Shown piece by piece: positions 9,366 through 17,093 of a DNA stretch of 64,000 nucleotides. A model generated the notes under the pieces. That model searched no databases, was not told the origin of the DNA, and saw only the letters and a program-made list of their open reading frames with translations. The stretch lies in the NCBI GenBank assembly GCA_964540865.1, contig CAZION010000011.1, forward strand, positions 609-64,608, in the 5' to 3' direction. Each line of letters begins with the position of its first letter. Position 1 is the stretch's first letter. The DNA is from an uncultured Victivallis sp. Its GTDB lineage: Bacteria > Verrucomicrobiota > Lentisphaeria > Victivallales > GWF2-50-93. The position numbers and the translations under genes are program-made.

Positions 9366-9941
9366 TTACCTCCCTGTTGCCTCTGCGTTAAGGTTCTTTG
9401 CCAGTTTCTTGATTGCCGTATGTAAGATGAAACCCACGTTTGTCACACTGATTCCCATGATTTCCGATATTTCCCTGTAGCTTCTGCCGTGTTCTAGCTT
9501 CAGGATCACCACTTCCCGGTCGCGCGGTTCAAGTTCCATCAGTTTTTTCCGGACCAGCGTCATGGCGTCTTCCTTTTCGAGTGTTCTATCGGGGCTTTCC
9601 CCGCCTGCGAAGTTCGCAATATTCTCGTCGATCGGTATTTCCAACTGGACTCTTTTTGATTTCAGATGATCCAGGCACAAATTCCTTGTCACCCTGTAAA
9701 GCCATGCCGGAAGATTGTTTATTTTCAGCCGGTCCCGATCCTGCGAAATCCGCACATATTTTATGAAAACCTCCTGCACAACGTCGCGTGCTGACTCATT
9801 GTCATGGAGCAGGCGTCCCGCGTATCGGAGCAGGGGGGCCTCTCTTTCCTTGATGATTTCAGTTATGTCAGTCATCGGCACCTGTTCCAAAACCGCTCCG
9901 TTTCCGGTATTTCCGCGTTTGTTGTCAGCTTCAGTCTTCAT
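9366..9941 (-). CDS. ECF-type RNA polymerase sigma-70 family factor
   Basis: Region-2-like ARDVVQEVFIKYV..WLYRVTRNLCLDHL and a region-4 HTH, SYREISEIMGISVTNVGFILHTAIKKL. The track ORF extends to 10040 and overlaps the upstream gene; the ATG at 9941 (MKTEADNK..) is the more plausible start. Confidence 0.85.
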   Translation of the reverse strand: MKTEADNKRGNTGNGAVLEQVPMTDITEIIKEREAPLLRYAGRLLHDNESARDVVQEVFIKYVRISQDRDRLKINNLPAWLYRVTRNLCLDHLKSKRVQLEIPIDENIANFAGGESPDRTLEKEDAMTLVRKKLMELEPRDREVVILKLEHGRSYREISEIMGISVTNVGFILHTAIKKLAKNLNAEATGR

Positions 9942-9999
9942 TATATATGACGATTGGTTTTGTGGGTTATTAGACGATTTGTAAGATATTGTCGTTTTT

Positions 10000-11640
10000 T
10001 TATTTTTTAAACTGCAATGCCGCTTTTTCCTTGGCTTCAACAGGATCGTATTCCTCAGATCTTTTAATCATGGTATAATTCTTCCAGAAATCCAGGAAAT
10101 CCTTGTTGAACTTATTCATATCAATTCCAGCCCATGCTTTCGCTGTGGCCTTTTCCCCATTCTTCAGCGCAATTAGCGCGTCATAATATTTGATGGGAAT
10201 TTCCGAATACCTGTTTTTCTCTTTTAGTAAGGGAGCGCCTTTGTGGAGGAAGAACAGTAGACCCCAGGCAAAAGCATAATTGACATCTTTCCCTCCGTAG
10301 AAAGTTGCAGGATCCATGTTTATGAGGGATTCCACCTTCAGGTTTCCGGAAGCGGCAAGTTTTTTCATGTCTTCGTAGTAGCATGCTAAATCAATTTTTG
10401 CCTTGTCTCCAGATTTTAAGTTCATGCCTTGGAAATAACAGGAGTTGCCTTCATTGAACCATACGGAGGGGACAGCTTCGTCGGCATAGAAAAGATACTG
10501 GTGAAAAGCCTCATGATAAACTATGTCCATAATGCTGTCCCTTTTCTCCGATGTTTTCCCCCAGGCCGAAGGGGAGATTAGGAGTTCCTTTTTGTCCGGC
10601 ATCCATATGCCGCCGGACCATTTATATTTATCTCCCACATATGAGAGGTATTCGTCCCTGTTTTCAAACACCTTGCAGACGCAGATCTCCTTCAGGGAGT
10701 TTCTTTGTGGAAAATAATTCCTGTAGACTGAACGGCATTTCTCAAGGTTCAGCTGTAGTTCGCTTATGGTTTTCTTGTTTTTAAGGTTGGAGGCGATGAT
10801 GAAGTTTTCAGTTTCGAGGTACCACCAGTTCTTCAGATTCTGAATGTCCTTGATGACTTTTTCCCTGTTTGCGGCGTAGTCGGATGAAAAATCCCGCTTC
10901 TTAACTGCTGTTCCCATGGTCTTCTTCTTGTTTTTTTCGTCAGTTTTCTTTGGAGGGAAGAATGAAATCGACTGGAGGGACTGCAGGATTGATTTTTCAC
11001 TTTTATAGGAATCCGCATTTTTGGGGAGCTCATATAGCAGGACATATCTTTCACCGGGGCGTTCGCTTGTGACAAGGTAATATAAATATGAATTCAAATC
11101 ATCGGTGGCGTTCTTCATATGGTAACGCCTCGCGGAGCATTTCGCCGGAGAGTCCTTCTGGAGCTGTTCGAAGACATCCTTGATCTTGTCACCGGTCAGG
11201 AAATTTATCCATTCAAGAATTGAAGCTTCATTCCACTCATGCTTGCTTTGGTCCCGCCAGATTTCATAATTGTCCTTGAGGAGGATTTCATTTTCAAATG
11301 GAGGGGCGTTATATAAGACCTTGTAGATTGTCAGCGACCCATCCTTGCAACCCCAGCTTCCGACATACTGGTCCCGCATCCAGAGGTCTAGGATTTTGTG
11401 ATATTCGAAGGTGTCATCATAATTGTTTTTGACTTTTTCAGTAGTTGCCATGGTGGAGAGCGGCCTGGCAGTTGCATCTTTGAAGATCCGGATTTTCATG
11501 CCTTCCGAATTTATTCTTTCCTCATATCCTGTTTTTGCGAATGGAGCTTTATCTTCTGGTTTGATCTTTTCTGCAGCAGTGGCATCGAGGAGCATGATTG
11601 CGACAATCGCGATTGGGAGTATTTTCAAGGGGAGTTTCAT
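10000..11640 (-). CDS. Secreted DUF1570-like putative metallopeptidase
   Basis: Signal peptide MKLPLKILPIAIVAIMLLDATAAE. The motifs VYHEAFHQYLFY and WFNEGNSCYF are arranged as in DUF1570 proteins of PVC bacteria (recognised from memory). Confidence 0.6.
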   Translation of the reverse strand: MKLPLKILPIAIVAIMLLDATAAEKIKPEDKAPFAKTGYEERINSEGMKIRIFKDATARPLSTMATTEKVKNNYDDTFEYHKILDLWMRDQYVGSWGCKDGSLTIYKVLYNAPPFENEILLKDNYEIWRDQSKHEWNEASILEWINFLTGDKIKDVFEQLQKDSPAKCSARRYHMKNATDDLNSYLYYLVTSERPGERYVLLYELPKNADSYKSEKSILQSLQSISFFPPKKTDEKNKKKTMGTAVKKRDFSSDYAANREKVIKDIQNLKNWWYLETENFIIASNLKNKKTISELQLNLEKCRSVYRNYFPQRNSLKEICVCKVFENRDEYLSYVGDKYKWSGGIWMPDKKELLISPSAWGKTSEKRDSIMDIVYHEAFHQYLFYADEAVPSVWFNEGNSCYFQGMNLKSGDKAKIDLACYYEDMKKLAASGNLKVESLINMDPATFYGGKDVNYAFAWGLLFFLHKGAPLLKEKNRYSEIPIKYYDALIALKNGEKATAKAWAGIDMNKFNKDFLDFWKNYTMIKRSEEYDPVEAKEKAALQFKK

Positions 11641-11882
11641 GCAACGGTATTTCCAGGTTTATTGCGATTTTCCTCTGAATATAATAGGCAGACTGCCTTT
11701 TGTCACGTTCGCTGTTCCATGAGTTCCATGTTTTATGATAATTTTCCTGTTTCAGGAAAATTATATTCCGTAAAACTTAAAACCTGGAACTTAACACTTT
11801 TGCAGTATTGGCTTTGTGCAATATCAGATATAGATTATCCGCTTATATTTCAATTGGCTTTTTTAATCTTAAGAGGTTGCTC

Positions 11883-13262
11883 ATGAACAAGGGTAAAAAT
11901 ATTTTATGCATAGGCGCCGGATATGTCGGCGGACCGACAATGGCGGTGATTGCGGCCAAATGTCCTGAATACAAGGTTACCGTTGCAGACATTGACGAGA
12001 ATAGGATAATAGCTTGGAATTCCGAGAAACTCCCTATTTATGAGCCGGGCCTTTTTGAACTTGTGAAAAGCGTGCGCGGGAAGAACCTTTTCTTTACGAC
12101 CGACATTGCGAAAGGCATAAAGGAAGCTGGAATTATTTTTGTTAGCGTGAACACACCCACCAAGACCTTCGGCGAGGGTGCCGGAAAAGCTGCGGATCTC
12201 CAATACTGGGAAAAAACCGCCAGGGCTATTGTTGAATACGCGGAAGACAGCAAGATTGTCGTTGAAAAAAGCACTCTTCCGCTCAGAGCCGCCGAAGCAA
12301 TGCACCGTATCCTCCATTCCAATACCAAAGGACTTGACTTCGACGTTATCTCCAATCCCGAGTTCATGGCCGAGGGGACCGCAATCGACGACATGCATAA
12401 GCCCGACCGTGTCCTTGTCGGCGGCATGGAAAATCCCAGCGGTAAAAAAGCAGTGAAGGCGATAGCCGATATTTATGCACATTGGGTTCCAAGGGAGAAA
12501 ATCCTCCTCACCAATGTCTGGAGCAGCGAGCTTTCTAAGCTTGTAGCCAACGCCATGCTTGCACAGAGGATTTCATCCATCAACAGCATTTCAGCCCTTT
12601 GCGAAAAAACTGATGCGGATGTCAATGAAGTCGCAAAAGCTGTCGGCATGGATAGCCGTATAGGGCCGAAATTCCTTAAGACTAGTGTCGGATTCGGTGG
12701 ATCCTGTTTCAAGAAGGACATTCTCAACCTTGTATATCTCTGCGAATATTACGGGCTTCCCGAAGTTGCCGACTACTGGGAGCAGGTTGTCAAGATAAAT
12801 GATTTCCAGGAGAGGCGTTTTGTAAAGAACATTGTAAGGAACATGTTCAATACAGTGGCCGGGAAGAGGATCGCCATATTCGGATTTGCCTTCAAGGCTG
12901 ACACCGGCGACACCAGGGAGTCTCCGGCGATTTATATCACCAAGATGCTTCTTGAGGAAAGAGCGGATCTCACAATTTATGATCCGGAAGCCCTCGACAA
13001 TGCAGCAAGGGATCTCAAGGGAGTGAAAGGTAAATTCGAGCTCGTCAAGGATCCCTACGAATGCGCCAAGAAAGCCCATGCAATCCTTATCCTTACCGAG
13101 TGGGATGAATTCAAAAAGCTAGACTATCAAAGAATATACGACTCTATGGAAAAGCCCGTCTTCGTATTCGACGGACGCAATATCCTGAATCATAGGGAGC
13201 TTTTCGAGATGGGTTTCAATGTCTTCCCCATCGGAAGCGCAAAGTTGACCCATCTTAAATAA
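11883..13262 (+). CDS. ugd: UDP-glucose 6-dehydrogenase
   Basis: [19 protein letters not shown] Rossmann N-terminus and the catalytic-Cys motif [10 protein letters not shown]. The length is about 460 aa counted from ATG 11883. The track ORF from 11808 adds 25 unlikely residues. Confidence 0.9.
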   Translation: MNKGKNILCIGAGYVGGPTMAVIAAKCPEYKVTVADIDENRIIAWNSEKLPIYEPGLFELVKSVRGKNLFFTTDIAKGIKEAGIIFVSVNTPTKTFGEGAGKAADLQYWEKTARAIVEYAEDSKIVVEKSTLPLRAAEAMHRILHSNTKGLDFDVISNPEFMAEGTAIDDMHKPDRVLVGGMENPSGKKAVKAIADIYAHWVPREKILLTNVWSSELSKLVANAMLAQRISSINSISALCEKTDADVNEVAKAVGMDSRIGPKFLKTSVGFGGSCFKKDILNLVYLCEYYGLPEVADYWEQVVKINDFQERRFVKNIVRNMFNTVAGKRIAIFGFAFKADTGDTRESPAIYITKMLLEERADLTIYDPEALDNAARDLKGVKGKFELVKDPYECAKKAHAILILTEWDEFKKLDYQRIYDSMEKPVFVFDGRNILNHRELFEMGFNVFPIGSAKLTHLK

Positions 13263-13287
13263 TTTTTCTGCCAGGCAGAAAAATTTG
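13263..13287 (+). terminator. Rho-independent-type terminator hairpin downstream of ugd
   Basis: TTTTTCTGCC a GGCAGAAAAA forms a perfect 10-bp inverted repeat (13263-13283) followed by TTTG, immediately after the ugd stop. It is symmetric, so it could act in both directions. Confidence 0.6.
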
Positions 13288-13316
13288 TTCTATATCCTCT
13301 TGCAAAAGATACGCCA

Positions 13317-13655
13317 ATGGCGTATAATCATAAAATGACATTCATTGAAACCAAAATTTTTACTCAGCAGATAACCAGCCTGATGAGTGATCCAGAATAT
13401 AGGATTCTCCAGAATGACCTTCTGGCGGATCCGAAAGCCGGTAATGTCATTGAAAATAGCGGTGGTTTGAGGAAGATCCGTTTCGGCATCAAAGGGAGAG
13501 GCAAGGGGAAAAGGGGAGGAGTAAGAATAATATATTTCTATCATGACGTAAAGGATAGAATTTATCTTCTTGTCTCCTATAGAAAGAATGAAAAGGATGA
13601 TTTGTCTGCAAAGGAACTTGAGATATTAAGAAACATTACAAGAGGCTTAAAATGA
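13317..13655 (+). CDS. RelE/HigB-family type II toxin (DUF1044-type)
   Basis: MTFIETKIFTQQITSLMSDPEYRILQ..GGLRKIRFGIKGRGKGKRGGVRIIYFY is the typical signature of this toxin family. An alternative start is ATG 13335. The stop overlaps the next ATG (ATGA at 13652-13655). Confidence 0.75.
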   Translation: MAYNHKMTFIETKIFTQQITSLMSDPEYRILQNDLLADPKAGNVIENSGGLRKIRFGIKGRGKGKRGGVRIIYFYHDVKDRIYLLVSYRKNEKDDLSAKELEILRNITRGLK

Positions 13656-13942
13656 GAAAAGAATTATTTGAACAGCTTTCGGAAAGCCTGAAAGAAGCTG
13701 TTGAGATTCACAAGGGCAAGGTGAAACCTTCCAGAGAATTCTATTTTTCCCCGCTTGACATCAAGCACGTGAGGGAAAGTCTCGATTTTTCACAGTCAAA
13801 GTTTGCACACATGATCGGGGTGAGTGCCGGAACATTGAGAAATTGGGAGCAGGGGCGCCGTCGCCCAGTTGGACCGGCAATGGTTCTTCTCAAGGTCATA
13901 TCCGAAAATCCCAAAATGGTATTCAAAGCCCTGCACGCCTGA
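13652..13942 (+). CDS. XRE-type HTH antitoxin (HigA/NadS-like)
   Basis: HTH LDFSQSKFAHMIGVSAGTLRNWEQGRRRP. Small size and a 4-bp overlap with the preceding toxin gene. Confidence 0.75.
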   Translation: MRKELFEQLSESLKEAVEIHKGKVKPSREFYFSPLDIKHVRESLDFSQSKFAHMIGVSAGTLRNWEQGRRRPVGPAMVLLKVISENPKMVFKALHA

Positions 13943-14116
13943 AATTAACGTCTCAAATATTACAGAAAATATAAGCTTAACGGTTACCCAATTATTGCTT
14001 GTAAGATACTGTTTTCACGAGCCCATTTCCCGCATCTGCATTATTATTAGATATTTGCACCGTCCCAAGCTGGTCAGAGCCCCTTATTCCACAGCGTGTC
14101 TACCCTATTGAAGATT

Positions 14117-14144
14117 AAGACACACTAAAGTTGTGAACTCCAAC
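14117..14144. repeat. Solo copy of the AAGAC..CTAAAGTTGTGAACTCCAAC repeat
   Basis: AAGACACACTAAAGTTGTGAACTCCAAC closely matches 6125-6151 and the pair at 32037-32107. Confidence 0.6.
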
Positions 14145-14180
14145 AAATTCCAACACCGCCCAGAGCTTTTATGCAGTTTT

Positions 14181-15452
14181 TCAGTCTACCGACACTCCAC
14201 CCAAATCCAATTCACCCTTGAAGGCGCGCTGGCTTAGGGAACCGTAGAGGTTTTCCAGTTCGGCGAGGCTTTGGGCGTATCTTGATTTCAGGGATTCAAC
14301 TTTTTCTACTACGGAGGCGAATTGGGTTTGGAGAGGAAGAGGGGGTTTAATCAATGGAAAAGCTTTTAATTGCGTTGAATTAATAGAGGCAATTCCTGTA
14401 GTTTGCTTGGCTGCCTTAAGAAAATAACTCTTACCGTATTTACTGGCCATAAGTGCGCTAAGAAAAACAGGATTAATTGATTTATCTTTAACTCTAACTC
14501 TAACTCTGAATATATGATTTTGATGTATGCATTCATCTATTTCATCATTCCAAACAGCACCACGTCCTAATTTGTCTGGATCTCCTCCTTCGGTGAGCAA
14601 AAGATCGCCTTTTCTCAATTTATATTGCTGAATTTCATCATCTGGGACTGCAATTGTCTTTATCTCTGTAAGATTAAGATGTCCATCTTGGACATTGGTG
14701 ACCCTCATATAAGGGACTTCTTTTAAATTACTAGACTTATATTTTTTCCCCTTTGTAACACCTGAAACTATTTCTGTATGAGTACATAATGGTTCAACTT
14801 TCCATTGTTTATAATCTGGACTATTTAACCCGAACATCTCCAGGAAAGTGCTCTTCAAGAATTCTTCCAAGGCCTTGATGCTCTCTTTGCGTTTGGCAAT
14901 CAACTTTTCCGCCCGGGTGAGAACGGCGGCAATTCGGATTTGGTCTTCGAGAGGAGGAAGGGGGATTTGAATTTTTTGAAGATGACTAGGTCCGAAATTT
15001 AACTGAGCCGATCCGGTAATAAGTTTTCCTATTTGCCTCTTAAAATAAATTGTTTTTAAGAAAAACTTCAAGAATTCAAGTGAGGCTAATTTATCATCTA
15101 GCACTTGGAATCTAATTGTACTGGTATTCATGCAAAGAGGGAGATTCTCTTTTTTAACAAAAGCTATTTTGTTATGAAAATTGTCTACAACAACCCCGGA
15201 ACTTGCAATAACAAGATCGCCTTCATTTACTAGAAAATGTTTATACTTCCCATTTGCTTCTGTTTCATCAAGATGAATTTTCGTATTTGATAAATCAAGA
15301 ACGCCATTATTTATATTACTGCCATTGAGTAATTTTATTCCTTTCTCCCTAAACTGCCATTTCCTTACACCAGGCCCTTCTTGAAAAAAGAATATATCGG
15401 GTATATTTCTTACTGTCCAACTTGAAGGAATATTTGAAAAAATACTTATCAT
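14181..15452 (-). CDS. hsdS: Type I restriction-modification specificity subunit
   Basis: Two target-recognition halves separated by the conserved helix LPPLEDQIRIAAVLTRAEKLIAKRKESIKALEEF, with a C-terminal helix PLPLQTQFASVVEKVESLKSRYAQSLAELENLYGSLSQRAF. Confidence 0.9.
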   Translation of the reverse strand: MISIFSNIPSSWTVRNIPDIFFFQEGPGVRKWQFREKGIKLLNGSNINNGVLDLSNTKIHLDETEANGKYKHFLVNEGDLVIASSGVVVDNFHNKIAFVKKENLPLCMNTSTIRFQVLDDKLASLEFLKFFLKTIYFKRQIGKLITGSAQLNFGPSHLQKIQIPLPPLEDQIRIAAVLTRAEKLIAKRKESIKALEEFLKSTFLEMFGLNSPDYKQWKVEPLCTHTEIVSGVTKGKKYKSSNLKEVPYMRVTNVQDGHLNLTEIKTIAVPDDEIQQYKLRKGDLLLTEGGDPDKLGRGAVWNDEIDECIHQNHIFRVRVRVKDKSINPVFLSALMASKYGKSYFLKAAKQTTGIASINSTQLKAFPLIKPPLPLQTQFASVVEKVESLKSRYAQSLAELENLYGSLSQRAFKGELDLGGVSVD

Positions 15453-15491
15453 CCTAATCTCCCCTCAATCCCCATTTAGCTCTATCTTAGT

Positions 15492-15575
15492 GGATTGCGT
15501 CCGCAGTGCGGACGCAATTAAAATAAATAATCTTTCTGTCACAATTGAATTACGAACGCAGTGCGTTCGCAATCC
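15492..15575. repeat. Inverted doublet of a 28-nt hairpin repeat (REPIN-like)
   Basis: GGATTGCGTCCGCAGTGCGGACGCAATT lies at 15492-15519. Its inverted relative at 15575-15548 reads GGATTGCGAACGCACTGCGTTCGTAATT. The differences between the two copies are compensatory within the stem. Confidence 0.75.
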
Positions 15576-17091
15576 TGCGCGTCACCGTTTTTTTTTCACT
15601 GTTTTTCCCCTCGGGCTTCAGTGTCCAATAGCCGCCGGTCTTTTTACTGCCACGCCGCTCAATCAGGTTTATTTTGGTTAATTTCTTGATTTGTTTGTCC
15701 AGAGTATCTATTGAGCGGTTTAATTTTTCTGCCAGTTCTTTTATTTGAATCCCCTGATTTTCTTTAATTACCGCCAGCAGAAATTTTAATCCCTCATTTA
15801 ATCCGCCATTAGCCTCATTTAATCCGCCATTAGCCTCATTTAATCCGCCATTTAATCCGCCATTAGCCTCATTTAATCTGCCATTTAATCCGCCAACATC
15901 TTGCGCAGGCGTATCAATTTCAGACGCGTAGTCGGTTTTTATGAACTGCATTTGAAAAGAGAGGCCGGGCTCGTTTATTTTCAGGGAGATGGTGGGATAA
16001 TCAGCCAAGTCGGCATAGATTTTTTGAAAACCGGAACCCCACTGCTCTATAAGTTTGCAATCTTTAAATATTGGGGCAACCACACGGTTGCGGATCTCGG
16101 AAGAAGTGTTTTCCAGAGATTCCGGACTTACCGAAGGCATCAGCGTTCCTGGGCTTGTAATTTCAAGCATATCATCAAAGACGGCAATTTTAATGTCACT
16201 TCCCAGTATAGAGTAATCGCGGTGGATAACAGCATTTATGACAGCTTCACGAATGGCCTTAAGCGGATACTCCCACCTGTCTTTCCTATAAATAAGGTCA
16301 ATGGTTGAACCTTGGGAAATATTCCGCATGATAAATTTCATGGCTTCTTCCGGTTGTGCAAAAACGGGGCCGTCTATTGTCTGCTGGTCTATCATTACAG
16401 ATGTTGTGCGTCCTTTGAAGCGGGCGCATTCAATTTTCGCATATGGGAATACCTGCTTTTTCACCTGATTTGAAGCAAGCAGCAAAGCGGCGTTTGTAAC
16501 ATGCTCCTCATCCCGCTCCATTTTAATAAGATCCAGTGTTTTCAACTGTTCTTTTTTAATCTTCCTGCCGCACTTCTCATGGTAAAATATTTTGAATTCG
16601 TCCAAGTCACAATCATGCGGCGAAACATCATATGCCGACAGAGAATCAAAAGATACATTCCTGCTCCTTCTTTCAAGCTCATTCAATAGCGCTTCATCTG
16701 CAACCCTGTTAGTGGAACTGACCCGGATGTAAGTGCCTTTATTTTTCCCTTTACTCTTTAAAAAATAGGGACCGTTTTTACTGGGATATACTTTTACGCA
16801 AAGGATATTTCTGTCCATATACGGATAAATAGTGATGTCAGGAATGATAAGCGGATGGCAATTGTCAAAAACAATCTGAGAAATCTTTTCCTCCAATTTA
16901 AAAACATCTGAATCAGCAACACCGTTAACGCTCTTGGTTTTATCGTCAATTCCAATGAAAAGCTCTCCTCCAACACCATTGGCAAAAGCTATCACTGTCT
17001 GTGCAATCTGGTTTCCTTCAGGCATTGCAGCTTTAAACTCTATCCGCCTGCCTTCACCTCTGCGAAGGATTTTATCAATGAATGATTCCAT
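15550..17091 (-). CDS. AlbA_2 (Schlafen-type) domain / HATPase_c_4-like / C-terminal winged-helix protein embedded in the hsd operon
   Basis: RRIEFKAAMPEGNQIAQTVIAFANGVGGELFIGIDD (AlbA_2 signature), then a central region ..REAVINAVIHRDYS.. and a C-terminal ..LIERRGSKKTGGYWTL. ATG 17091 is preceded by GGTGA. The track ORF starts at GTG 17097, which overlaps the hsdM stop. Confidence 0.8.
   Translation of the reverse strand: MESFIDKILRRGEGRRIEFKAAMPEGNQIAQTVIAFANGVGGELFIGIDDKTKSVNGVADSDVFKLEEKISQIVFDNCHPLIIPDITIYPYMDRNILCVKVYPSKNGPYFLKSKGKNKGTYIRVSSTNRVADEALLNELERRSRNVSFDSLSAYDVSPHDCDLDEFKIFYHEKCGRKIKKEQLKTLDLIKMERDEEHVTNAALLLASNQVKKQVFPYAKIECARFKGRTTSVMIDQQTIDGPVFAQPEEAMKFIMRNISQGSTIDLIYRKDRWEYPLKAIREAVINAVIHRDYSILGSDIKIAVFDDMLEITSPGTLMPSVSPESLENTSSEIRNRVVAPIFKDCKLIEQWGSGFQKIYADLADYPTISLKINEPGLSFQMQFIKTDYASEIDTPAQDVGGLNGRLNEANGGLNGGLNEANGGLNEANGGLNEGLKFLLAVIKENQGIQIKELAEKLNRSIDTLDKQIKKLTKINLIERRGSKKTGGYWTLKPEGKNSEKKTVTRRIANALRS
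15792..15897 (-). repeat. In-frame tandem repeat (21-nt units built from 12-nt and 9-nt modules) encoding (GGLN)/(EAN) repeats
   Basis: CCTCATTTAATCCGCCATTAG occurs identically at 15792-15812 and 15813-15833, followed by degenerate copies. The translation is GGLNGRLNEANGGLNGGLNEANGGLNEANGGLNEGL. Confidence 0.85.
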
Positions 17092-17093
17092 TT

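Noticed and set aside
9942-10040. 33-codon N-terminal extension of the sigma-factor ORF (MKPRKKRHCSLKNKK..)
   Set aside because: It overlaps the 3' end of the upstream DUF1570 gene and adds a basic, low-complexity tail not expected for ECF sigma factors. The start at ATG 9941 is preferred.
11742-11760. Palindrome TTTTCCTGtttCAGGAAAA in the divergent region upstream of ugd, considered as an operator or terminator
   Set aside because: It occurs once, no cognate regulator lies nearby, and it sits between two divergent starts where a terminator makes little sense. It is left unannotated.
15792-15897. Possible CRISPR array (regular short repeats)
   Set aside because: The units are contiguous with no spacers, only 9-21 nt long, and in frame within a coding gene. 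No cas genes are present in the window.
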